NCBI GenBank assembly: GCA_902769535.1
Contig: CACXPH010000009.1
Location: forward strand, 11,032-75,031
Source of the DNA: an uncultured Bacteroidales bacterium
GTDB lineage: Bacteria > Bacteroidota > Bacteroidia > Bacteroidales > Paludibacteraceae
Reading direction: 5' to 3'
DNA length: 64,000 nt
The notes under the pieces are model-generated. The model saw nothing but the letters and a program-made list of their open reading frames with translations. It was not told where the DNA came from and did no database searches. Positions 26,591 through 35,266 of the stretch are shown here, piece after piece. Made by a program: the position numbers and the translations under genes. Position 1 is the first letter of the stretch; each line of letters opens with the position of its first letter.

Positions 26591-26622
26591 CTTGCATATA
26601 TCAAAGATATTTTGTATCTTTG
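26591..26622 (+). promoter_or_regulatory. Bacteroidota-type promoter for nfeD-floA
   Basis: CTTG-N20-TATCTTTG followed by CAGCCGATTTG; a mirror image of the topA promoter. Confidence 0.55.
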
Positions 26623-26671
26623 CAGCCGATTTGAAAAAAATAATTGTAAAATTTTTTATCGAAACACTTGC

Positions 26672-27010
26672 ATGAATATTTTTTTAGTCGTATTATTAGT
26701 GCTCGCGGGCGTCGCATTATTATTAATGGAGATGTTCCTTTTGCCGGGATTCGGCATTGCGGGTATCGGTGGATTCGGTTGCCTGATTGCAGCCGTAGTA
26801 TTGGCCTGGCTCTGGATAGGTCATCTTGCCGGTTATATCACCTTGGCGGCTTGCCTTATACTGTCCGGTTTGGCTATCTGGGGATTTCTGCGTAGCAAAG
26901 CGCTGGACAAGATGGCGCTGGATTCCAAGATCGACAGCCATGTCGAGATGGCGCACAATAAACTAGCTAAGGACGAAAAGGTAGAGAAGAAGAGTGTTAA
27001 GAAGAAGTGA
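26672..27010 (+). CDS. NfeD-like membrane protein
   Basis: Start moved to MNIFLVV; three hydrophobic helices plus a Lys-rich tail; position upstream of floA is typical. Confidence 0.5.
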   Translation: MNIFLVVLLVLAGVALLLMEMFLLPGFGIAGIGGFGCLIAAVVLAWLWIGHLAGYITLAACLILSGLAIWGFLRSKALDKMALDSKIDSHVEMAHNKLAKDEKVEKKSVKKK

Positions 27011-27016
27011 TATTAA

Positions 27017-27071
27017 TTGAATCACGCATTAATCACCCATTAATCACGCAATAATCACCCAATACACCTCC
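27017..27071. repeat. 11-nt tandem repeat x5 in the nfeD-floA spacer
   Basis: TTGAATCACGC ATTAATCACCC ATTAATCACGC AATAATCACCC AATACACCTCC. Confidence 0.85.
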
Positions 27072-27159
27072 CTTGCAAGCCCTGATTTTAGAGCAAGTGC
27101 CGAGGATTTTACGGCTGGAAGCGTTTATTACTGTACAATCATAAATCATAAATAGTCAT

Positions 27160-28134
27160 ATGGAAGTCTTAAACATCGTTTTGATTACACTGATCGCCAT
27201 TGCGCTGTGTATTTTCTTCTATTATGTGCCCTTCATGCTGTGGATCAACGCAGCCGTGAGTGGTGTGCACATCAGTCTGGTACAACTCTTCTTGATGCGG
27301 ATCCGTAAGGTGCCTCCCACAAAGATCGTCAACTGTATGATCGAGGCGCATAAGGCCGGTCTGATGGAAGTCAAACGTGATGGTCTGGAGGCCCATTATC
27401 TGGCAGGCGGTCATATTGAGCGCGTGGTACATGCACTCGTTTCGGCCAGCAAAGCAGGTATAGATCTGTCCTTCCAGATGGCAACGGCTATTGACCTTGC
27501 CGGTCGTGATGTGTTCGAGGCTGTTCAGATGAGCGTTAATCCGCGTGTCATTGACACCCCGCCGGTAGCAGCCGTAGCGAAAGACGGTATACAGTTGATT
27601 GCCAAGGCTCGTGTGACCGTGCGTGCGAACATCCGTCAATTAGTCGGAGGTGCCGGAGAGGACACAATTCTTGCCCGTGTGGGTGAAGGTATCGTGAGTT
27701 CCATCGGTAGTGCGGAAAGTCACAAGCAAGTGCTCGAAAATCCCGATTCCATCAGTAAATTAGTGCTTTCTAAGGGTCTGGATGACGGTACGGCTTTTGA
27801 GATTCTCTCGATTGATATCGCTGATATTGACGTAGGTAAGAATATCGGTGCGCAACTCCAGATGGATCAGGCGGAAGCGGATAAGAATATCGCGCAGGCG
27901 AAGGCCGAGGAGCGTCGTGCTATGGCTATCGCAAGCGAGCAAGAGATGAAGGCTAAGGCACAGGAAGCGCGTGCGAAAGTGATTGAGGCTGAAGCACTCG
28001 TTCCGCAAGCCATGGCAGAGGCTTTCCGTAACGGTAACCTCGGCATCATGGATTACTACCGCATGCAGAATATCCAGGCGGATACCACCATGCGCGAGCA
28101 GATCGTAGGGGGAGAGAAGAAAGCTAAAAAGTGA
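27160..28134 (+). CDS. floA: flotillin-like protein FloA
   Basis: 324 aa; N-terminal TM helix, SPFH-like body and a C-terminal EA-rich coiled coil (UPF0365/YqfA family). Confidence 0.8.
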   Translation: MEVLNIVLITLIAIALCIFFYYVPFMLWINAAVSGVHISLVQLFLMRIRKVPPTKIVNCMIEAHKAGLMEVKRDGLEAHYLAGGHIERVVHALVSASKAGIDLSFQMATAIDLAGRDVFEAVQMSVNPRVIDTPPVAAVAKDGIQLIAKARVTVRANIRQLVGGAGEDTILARVGEGIVSSIGSAESHKQVLENPDSISKLVLSKGLDDGTAFEILSIDIADIDVGKNIGAQLQMDQAEADKNIAQAKAEERRAMAIASEQEMKAKAQEARAKVIEAEALVPQAMAEAFRNGNLGIMDYYRMQNIQADTTMREQIVGGEKKAKK

Positions 28135-28925
28135 AGATAGCGCTTCTCCAATATCCGATTGAGTGGGCAGATCCGCAAACGAACATAGGCTTGCTCGACG
28201 AGCGCTTGCACGCTATTGCCGGACAAGCAGATATTGCGGTAGTGCCGGAGATGTTCAGTACGGGTTTCTGTACTGATCGACCCGGTCTGGCGGAAGAGTG
28301 GGGGAAAGGCTTGTGTTACCAAGCGCTCCAGCAGATGGCGGATACCTATAACCTGGCTATCGTCGGGTCAATGATGGTAACAGACCAAGGACATCTGTAT
28401 AACCGAGGTTTCATCTTCCGGCCGCACGATGTACCGCAGTATTACGACAAGCATCACTTGTACAAGAGCGGCGGCGAAGCGGAGTTCTTCACGCCGGGTA
28501 ATGCCCGACCGCTGTTCGAGTACCGGGGTGTCAAGATTCGCTTGGCTGTTTGTTATGACCTACGTTTTCCGGTGTGGCTTAGGCAGGACAAGCATAACAT
28601 GTACGACATCCTTATCGTTGTGGCTTGCTGGCCTACGATACGTATCCAGTACTGGGACGCACTCCTGCCGGCACGAGCCGCTGAGAACCACGCATACGCC
28701 ATAGGTGTTAATATGGTCGGAACGGATGGAATGCAACTTGATTATAACGGTCACTCTGTCGCCTACGACACCTGGCTCAAGGATGTAGCAGGCTTTGAAG
28801 ATTATGAGCAGGGCACGCGCATCGTGGACCTGTCTATAGAAAAACTACGACACTTCCGCGAAGTGTTACCCCAATGGGAAGAAGCAGATGAATACGAACT
28901 GGCACATACGCCAACTAACGCCTGA
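28131..28925 (+). CDS. carbon-nitrogen hydrolase (omega-amidase YafV-like)
   Basis: 264 aa; VVPEMF (Glu), YDKHHLY (Lys) and AVCYDLRFP (Cys) catalytic triad blocks. Confidence 0.75.
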   Translation: MKIALLQYPIEWADPQTNIGLLDERLHAIAGQADIAVVPEMFSTGFCTDRPGLAEEWGKGLCYQALQQMADTYNLAIVGSMMVTDQGHLYNRGFIFRPHDVPQYYDKHHLYKSGGEAEFFTPGNARPLFEYRGVKIRLAVCYDLRFPVWLRQDKHNMYDILIVVACWPTIRIQYWDALLPARAAENHAYAIGVNMVGTDGMQLDYNGHSVAYDTWLKDVAGFEDYEQGTRIVDLSIEKLRHFREVLPQWEEADEYELAHTPTNA

Positions 28926-30603
28926 GGAGCAAGCAGCTGCCGAGCGTCTGAGTGCCGAACTGGAGATCAGTCCGGTCGCCGGTCGTATATTAGCCGGTCG
29001 TGGTTTGCGTACAGCCGCTGAAGCGCGAGCGTATATACGTCCGTCGTTGGACAGCCTGCACGATCCTTTCCTCATGCGGGACATGGGTGCGGCTATAGAT
29101 CGTCTTTGCCGGGCGATAGACAACCACGAGCGAATCATGGTCTATGGCGATTATGATGTGGATGGAACGACCGCTGTGGCACTCATGTACTCGTTCCTCC
29201 GCACCCAGACCGACAACCTCATCTATTATATTCCCGATCGCTATACGGAAGGCTATGGTATCTCTACCAAAGGTATTGACACGGCCAAGGAGAAAGGTTG
29301 TTCCCTTGTTATCGCCCTTGACTGCGGTATCAAAGCCGTGGAGAAAATGGACTATGCTAACAGTATCGGTGTGGACTTTATCATCTGTGACCACCATACG
29401 CCGGGAGATGAGATTCCGCGTGCGGTAGCGGTGCTGAACATGAAGCGAAAGGACTGCTCTTATCCATTCAAAGAACTCAGCGGATGCGGCGTCGGTTTCA
29501 AACTGGCGCAAGCATATGCACAGCGTCGTGGATTGGATATGCAGGAGATCTATCGTCTCTTACCGCTGCTCGCTATGTCCATTGCCAGTGATATAGTACC
29601 GGTTACGGGTGAAAACCGAATCCTCGCTTTCTATGGCCTACGTGCACTCAATGCCTTCCCCTCTGTGGGACTGCAGGCAATCATGCAGGTGGCGGGTATA
29701 GAAGGCAAGACCATCACCATCAGTGACCTTGTCTATAAGATCGGTCCGCGCATCAATGCTGCCGGACGTATTAAGAGTGGTGCCGAAGCCGTGCGCTTGC
29801 TGATTACCACCGATGCAGAGACGGCGTTACAATTCGCGCGGGATATCGATTCCTATAATCAAGACCGTCGTGATTATGATTCCAAGACTACGGATGAAGC
29901 ACTCGAACAGTTGGCAAAAGACCCGATGAATGCGAGCCGATTCACTACGGTTGTCTATTCGCCCGATTGGCATAAAGGGGTCGTGGGAATAGCCGCCAGT
30001 CGTCTGACGGAGACCTATTACCGACCGACGATCGTGCTTACTGCCGGAGAGGATGATATCATCAGCGGTAGTGCCCGTTCGGTCAGTGATTTCGATATCT
30101 ATACAGCTATTGACTCCTGTCGTGACCTGCTTACCAATTTTGGTGGACATAAGTTCGCGGCTGGACTCAGTATGCATCTCAAAGACCTGCCGGAGTTCCA
30201 ACGGCGTTTTGAACAGTATGTGGCAGCGCATATCACTCCCGACCAACAATGCCCGACACTCGATGTGGAGGCGGAAGTGGAACTGAGCGATATGGACTGG
30301 AAGATGTACAAGATCCTGCAGTGCCTCGAGCCTTTTGGACCAGGGAACGAACGTCCGCTCTTCTTATGCCGTCATCTGATCAACAATCGGAACACGCGTG
30401 CGGTAAGCGATGGCCGTCATCTGCATCTGGATCTTACGGACCAGGTGGTAGCGATGGACGGTATCGCGTTCGGTCAAGGCGACAAAGCTACCCATCTGCA
30501 AAACGGTAATTCCGTCGATGTATGTTTCTATCTTGAAGAGAATACTTATCGCGGTCGCACTACCCTCCAGATGAATGCGCAGGATATTCATTTAAATGAA
30601 TAA
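28888..30603 (+). CDS. recJ: single-stranded-DNA-specific exonuclease RecJ
   Basis: 571 aa; YGDYDVDGTT, ALDCG, ICDHH DHH motifs and GGHKFAAG DHHA1 motif. Confidence 0.9.
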   Translation: MNTNWHIRQLTPEEQAAAERLSAELEISPVAGRILAGRGLRTAAEARAYIRPSLDSLHDPFLMRDMGAAIDRLCRAIDNHERIMVYGDYDVDGTTAVALMYSFLRTQTDNLIYYIPDRYTEGYGISTKGIDTAKEKGCSLVIALDCGIKAVEKMDYANSIGVDFIICDHHTPGDEIPRAVAVLNMKRKDCSYPFKELSGCGVGFKLAQAYAQRRGLDMQEIYRLLPLLAMSIASDIVPVTGENRILAFYGLRALNAFPSVGLQAIMQVAGIEGKTITISDLVYKIGPRINAAGRIKSGAEAVRLLITTDAETALQFARDIDSYNQDRRDYDSKTTDEALEQLAKDPMNASRFTTVVYSPDWHKGVVGIAASRLTETYYRPTIVLTAGEDDIISGSARSVSDFDIYTAIDSCRDLLTNFGGHKFAAGLSMHLKDLPEFQRRFEQYVAAHITPDQQCPTLDVEAEVELSDMDWKMYKILQCLEPFGPGNERPLFLCRHLINNRNTRAVSDGRHLHLDLTDQVVAMDGIAFGQGDKATHLQNGNSVDVCFYLEENTYRGRTTLQMNAQDIHLNE

Positions 30604-30633
30604 ATGGTAAATGATAAAATCGTAAATAGTTTT

Positions 30634-31224
30634 ATGTTTTCCGAAAGAGACACCAAAGGCCCGTCCTTACGTAAGGGTTCAATCGAAGTGGTATGCGGAT
30701 CGATGTTCAGTGGCAAGACCGAAGAACTCATCCGTCGTATGAAACGTGCTAAATTTGCCAAACTGCGTGTGGAGATCTACAAGCCGGCTATTGATGTGCG
30801 TTACAGCGAAGAAGATGTGGTCAGCCACGACCGCAATGTCATCCAGTCCACGCCTGTCGATAGCAGTCAGAATATCCTGCTGATGGTCGATGATATCGAT
30901 GTAGTCGGTATTGACGAGGCGCAGTTCTTCGATATGGGTATCGTGGATGTATGTAAACAGTTAGCTGACCGAGGTATACGCGTTATCTGTGCCGGTCTGG
31001 ATATGGATTTTAAGGGTGTTCCTTTCGGTCCGATGCCGGCGCTCATGGCTATTGCCGATGATGTGTATAAGACCCATGCCATCTGTGTCCACTGCGGTGA
31101 TCTGGCGTACGTGAGCCACCGTCTCGTGGCTTCCGACAAGCGCGTCTTGTTAGGTGAAACGGATAGTTACGAACCCCTCTGCCGTGAGTGTTATAACAAA
31201 GCCATAGCCGCTGAAAACTATTGA
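30634..31224 (+). CDS. tdk: thymidine kinase
   Basis: [15 protein letters not shown]-loop, IDEAQFF, C-terminal CVHCG...CRECY zinc site. Start could also be the ATG at 30604, which lies inside a heptamer tract. Confidence 0.85.
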   Translation: MFSERDTKGPSLRKGSIEVVCGSMFSGKTEELIRRMKRAKFAKLRVEIYKPAIDVRYSEEDVVSHDRNVIQSTPVDSSQNILLMVDDIDVVGIDEAQFFDMGIVDVCKQLADRGIRVICAGLDMDFKGVPFGPMPALMAIADDVYKTHAICVHCGDLAYVSHRLVASDKRVLLGETDSYEPLCRECYNKAIAAENY

Positions 31225-31279
31225 TGTCATATTACCTTTAGCCATCCGAGACTGTTACACCTATAGCGTCCCGGATGGT

Positions 31280-33235
31280 TTGTCTATACCCACACCGGGT
31301 ACACGCGTTATCGTGCCCTTGATGAACAAATCGGTGCGAGGTATTGTGTTGCGGGAACATACCGAACCTATCGACGAATCTTTTGCATCTAAGATTAAAC
31401 CTGTCTCCTATGTCAGTGAGACGGCACCTGCTGTATCACCCGAGCAGTTAGCGCTCTGGCAATGGATGAGCACCTATTACATGTGTCCGTTAGGCGATGT
31501 GATGGCTGCAGCTTTGCCTGCCGGTCTGGATAAACGGCTCCTTAACCCGCCTACACGTCGACGAGCGCACATGGCACCTTATACAGGGCCGATCGAACCC
31601 ATGCATGCACTTTCGCCTGCACAGGCGAAAACAGTCGATTCCATCGGAACTTTTTGGAATTCAGGAAAGGATATCGTATTGCTGCATGGCGTCACTTCGT
31701 CCGGTAAGACGGATATCTATATCCATCTCATCCAAGCGCAGTTAGAGGCTGGCAAGAACGTCCTTTATCTCGTGCCGGAGATAGCCCTCACCACCCAACT
31801 GACATCGCGTCTGCAACGTATATTCGGTGATCGCCTCATGGTCTATCATAGTCGTCTGACCGATGCCGAACGGGAAGAGTGCTATCAACAAATCACAAAT
31901 CAACAATCAGAAATCACCAATAACTTCGTGGTCTTGGGACCAAGAAGTGCGGTCTTCTTGCCCATCCCGAATATCGGACTGGTCATCGTAGATGAAGAGC
32001 ATGACCCGAGTTATAAGCAGGCGGAACCGAACCCGCGTTATCATGCGCGCGCGACAGCCATTGTCCTGGCGAAAGAGCATAAGGCTAAAGTGCTGTTGGG
32101 AACAGCGACACCCTCGGTAGAGTCGTATTACCTGGCGCAGAAAGGTACGTACGGCCTGGTGACGCTCTCCGAACGATTCGGTGGCGTTGAACTGCCGGCT
32201 ATCACACTCATAGACCTTCGGCAGCAGTACGAGCGCAAGGAGATGGAAGGCCATTTTAGTGATTCGCTTATCGCGCGTATACGGGAATGTCTGGCAGACC
32301 ATAAGCAGGTCATTCTCTTCCAGAACAGACGCGGTTATGCCCCGCAGATACAGTGTATCAACTGTGGTCAGCCGCCTCGTTGTATTCAGTGCGACGTGCC
32401 TATGACGCTCCATATGCGCGAACATGAACTGCGTTGTCATTACTGCGGTTATCATGCACCTATACCGGCTGTCTGTCCGCACTGCGGAGGTGAGTATAAG
32501 ACCATCGGCTTCGGTACCGAACGTATCGAGGATGAGATACAGACGCTCTTTCCTGAGGCACGTGTGATGCGTATGGATCTGGATACAACGCGGAATAAAT
32601 CCGCATACCAGGATATCATCAATGCTTTCGCCAACCACGAATGCGATATTCTCGTCGGAACGCAAATGGTAACCAAAGGACTCCATTTTGACGATGTGCG
32701 TCTGGTAGCGGTGCTCAATGCCGATCCGCTCTTTAACCAACCCGACTTCCGCGCCTACGAGCGTGTTTATCAGATGCTCGAACAGGTAGCAGGACGTGCC
32801 GGACGAAAAGGCACCAAAGGCGAAGTGCTCATCCAGACTTTCGATACATCGAATAAAGTGCTTGAGATGGTGCAGGCGCATGATTACAATGCCCTTTACA
32901 CCCAGCAGATAGCCGAGCGCCAACTGTTCAACTATCCACCATTCTATCGGATCATCCGCCTGCAACTGCGTGACCATAATGCCGTGCGTGTGCATCGAGT
33001 GGCAACGCAACTTCAGACCTATCTCAGTCGTATATTCGGACCTCGTGTGTCCGGTGTTATCATTCCTTCCGTGGAACGTGTGCAAGCGTATACACTTCGC
33101 GAGCTCACCCTGCGTATTGAGAACACTGCTTCTATCGCCGAAGCCAAACGAAGACTGAAAGAGTGTATAGAGCAAATTTTCTCGATTCCATCGAATAAAA
33201 ACACGAAATTAATCATAGACGTAGATCCGCAATAA
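31280..33235 (+). CDS. priA: primosomal protein N' (replication restart helicase PriA)
   Basis: HGVTSSGKT Walker A, VDEEHD, Cys-rich zinc cluster (CINCG...CIQC...CHYCG...CPHCG). PriA-like sequence ([19 protein letters not shown]) continues in frame upstream to about 31211. Confidence 0.85.
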   Translation: MSIPTPGTRVIVPLMNKSVRGIVLREHTEPIDESFASKIKPVSYVSETAPAVSPEQLALWQWMSTYYMCPLGDVMAAALPAGLDKRLLNPPTRRRAHMAPYTGPIEPMHALSPAQAKTVDSIGTFWNSGKDIVLLHGVTSSGKTDIYIHLIQAQLEAGKNVLYLVPEIALTTQLTSRLQRIFGDRLMVYHSRLTDAEREECYQQITNQQSEITNNFVVLGPRSAVFLPIPNIGLVIVDEEHDPSYKQAEPNPRYHARATAIVLAKEHKAKVLLGTATPSVESYYLAQKGTYGLVTLSERFGGVELPAITLIDLRQQYERKEMEGHFSDSLIARIRECLADHKQVILFQNRRGYAPQIQCINCGQPPRCIQCDVPMTLHMREHELRCHYCGYHAPIPAVCPHCGGEYKTIGFGTERIEDEIQTLFPEARVMRMDLDTTRNKSAYQDIINAFANHECDILVGTQMVTKGLHFDDVRLVAVLNADPLFNQPDFRAYERVYQMLEQVAGRAGRKGTKGEVLIQTFDTSNKVLEMVQAHDYNALYTQQIAERQLFNYPPFYRIIRLQLRDHNAVRVHRVATQLQTYLSRIFGPRVSGVIIPSVERVQAYTLRELTLRIENTASIAEAKRRLKECIEQIFSIPSNKNTKLIIDVDPQ

Positions 33236-33236
33236 T

Positions 33237-34181
33237 ATGTTAGAAGAATACAAACGCCGTGTGGCGTATATCAATGAGATGATTGAGTCCGGTCATGCGG
33301 ACGAACTGGTGGCGGAAGGAGAAGCCTACCATGCCGAACAACTGACGCGTATCGCGCGGGAGATCGTTTCTCGCGGTGCACGCGTCGTACTCATTGCCGG
33401 ACCCAGTTCGAGTGGCAAGACCAGTACCAGTCATAAACTCTGTCTCGAACTGCTTGCACAAGGTAAACAACCCGTGGCCTTGTCCCTGGATAACTGGTAC
33501 TTGAACGGAACCCTCACCCCGCTCAAACCGGATGGAACCAAAGACTACGAGTCCGTCTATGCCATTGATCTCCATCAACTCGAAGACGATCTGAAAGCGC
33601 TCGTGGCCGGACAGGAGATATTGCTGCCTACTTTCAATTTCGCAGATGAGACACGAGAGTATCCGGGAGAGACGCTGAGTCTGGAGAAAGAGGCGGTACT
33701 GGTGATGGAGGGTATCCATGCACTTAACCCGATTCTGACGCGCCATCTGAGAGATGAGGATAAATTCAAGATCTTCGCTTCGCCGATGAGTCCTGTCTCG
33801 TTAGATGGTGAGACTTGGATCCCGACGTATGTCCATCGGCTTCTTCGACGCATGAGTCGTGATTATCGTACGCGTGGCAAAACTCCGCTACAGACCATCT
33901 CCGGTTGGGCGGATGTGCGCGAAGGCGAAGAGAAATGGATAGAACCGTTCCGCACCGAAGCCGATGTAGAGTTCGATACCTCTATGACCTACGAACTGCC
34001 AGCCATCCGTTATACAGTAGAGACGGCGCTGCAGACCGTTCCTGCAGCCGCAGACGAATACAAGGTGGCTGCCAAACTGCTCTATTACCTCTCGTTCTTC
34101 GAAGGCCTTGAGGCTTCGTTTATACCCAGAACATCCATCCTCCGTGAGTTCATTGGAGGTAGCCAATTTAATGTCGGATAA
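33237..34181 (+). CDS. uridine-kinase-like P-loop nucleoside kinase family protein
   Basis: 314 aa; IAGPSSSGKTSTS P-loop, LSLDNWY, VMEGIHALNP blocks of the Udk/PRK-like fold. Confidence 0.55.
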   Translation: MLEEYKRRVAYINEMIESGHADELVAEGEAYHAEQLTRIAREIVSRGARVVLIAGPSSSGKTSTSHKLCLELLAQGKQPVALSLDNWYLNGTLTPLKPDGTKDYESVYAIDLHQLEDDLKALVAGQEILLPTFNFADETREYPGETLSLEKEAVLVMEGIHALNPILTRHLRDEDKFKIFASPMSPVSLDGETWIPTYVHRLLRRMSRDYRTRGKTPLQTISGWADVREGEEKWIEPFRTEADVEFDTSMTYELPAIRYTVETALQTVPAAADEYKVAAKLLYYLSFFEGLEASFIPRTSILREFIGGSQFNVG

Positions 34182-34182
34182 T

Positions 34183-35091
34183 ATGAAAAAACTCTTCCTT
34201 CTCTCAGCGCTGCTAATCGGCAGCATACACCTTGCGGGTTGTCAACCGCAGGAACCCGAACAAGTAGAACCCAGTAAGGTTGTGATGCATTATAATTTCA
34301 AGTCGCAGTTCGTTCCGAGTCGCACGATCCGTGTGTGGTTGCCGGAAGGCTATAGTGCGACCAAGAAATACGATGTGCTCTATATGCACGACGGTACTAT
34401 GCTCTTCGATGCTACCACTACCTGGAACCATCAGGAGTGGGGTGTGGACGAAGCGATGGACTCGCTCGTTAACCTCGGTCGTATCCGTCCGACGATCGTC
34501 GTGGGTATTGATAACCGGACCAACACCATGGACCGCGTAGCGGAGTACTGTCCGGACGATGTAGGCGAACTGCTTCCGGCCGGTAAACAACTCTACGACG
34601 GTTTAGGCACGCCGCATGGCAATGACTACTTGCGTTTTCTTATCGAGGAACTCAAGCCCTTCATCGACTCGGCGTATTCCACCTATCCCGATCGTGACCA
34701 TACATGGATCATGGGTAGCAGTTGCGGTGGACTCATCTCGTCTTATGCGCTTTGTAAGTACCCGCAGGTCTTTGCCGGCGCAGCCTGTATGTCCACGCAT
34801 AGCACCCTGGCAGCGGATGTGAATCATCCTGATCCGGACGCGATTACGGCCTATCGCACCTATCTGCTGCAGCATCTGACACCCAATAGTTGTTTGCTCT
34901 ATTTCGATCGCGGCGACCAGACCCTTGATGCCAATTATGCCGAGTCGCAGGATGCCATCAATCAGGCACTTTGGGCTGCCGGATGGGACGAAGACCATTT
35001 CATGTACCGTTTCTTCCCGGGTGCGGCCCACGAAGAGAAATACTGGCGTGCCCGTCTAGATATTCCCCTCCGTTTCTTGCTGGGAAAGTAG
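34183..35091 (+). CDS. secreted esterase-family alpha/beta hydrolase lipoprotein
   Basis: Start moved to the MKKLFLLSALLIGSIHLAGC lipobox; GSSCGG nucleophile elbow; C-terminal GAAHEE. Confidence 0.6.
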   Translation: MKKLFLLSALLIGSIHLAGCQPQEPEQVEPSKVVMHYNFKSQFVPSRTIRVWLPEGYSATKKYDVLYMHDGTMLFDATTTWNHQEWGVDEAMDSLVNLGRIRPTIVVGIDNRTNTMDRVAEYCPDDVGELLPAGKQLYDGLGTPHGNDYLRFLIEELKPFIDSAYSTYPDRDHTWIMGSSCGGLISSYALCKYPQVFAGAACMSTHSTLAADVNHPDPDAITAYRTYLLQHLTPNSCLLYFDRGDQTLDANYAESQDAINQALWAAGWDEDHFMYRFFPGAAHEEKYWRARLDIPLRFLLGK

Positions 35092-35128
35092 AATAGTGAA
35101 TACTGATTTGGTCGTTTTTGCATTTTTA

Positions 35129-35160
35129 TTTGCATATCTAAAAAATTCTTTGTACCTTTG
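35129..35160 (+). promoter_or_regulatory. Bacteroidota-type promoter of the seven-gene operon
   Basis: TTTG-N20-TACCTTTG then CAGCG, 106 nt upstream of the ATG at 35267. Confidence 0.6.
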
Positions 35161-35266
35161 CAGCGTGAAAATATAGAGAAAAACCATGTTTTTGGGATTT
35201 AATATTGATGCGTGGATTACGATCGTCAACGTCGTGTATCCTTTAACTCCGCTACCCTAATCCATT

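Noticed and set aside
31907-33175. 422-aa minus-strand ORF inside priA, and similar long antisense ORFs at 22750-23526, 13629-14270, 48477-49307, 11932-12645 and 39629-40300
   Set aside because: Each is fully contained in a motif-rich gene on the other strand and lacks motifs of its own. These are shadow frames.
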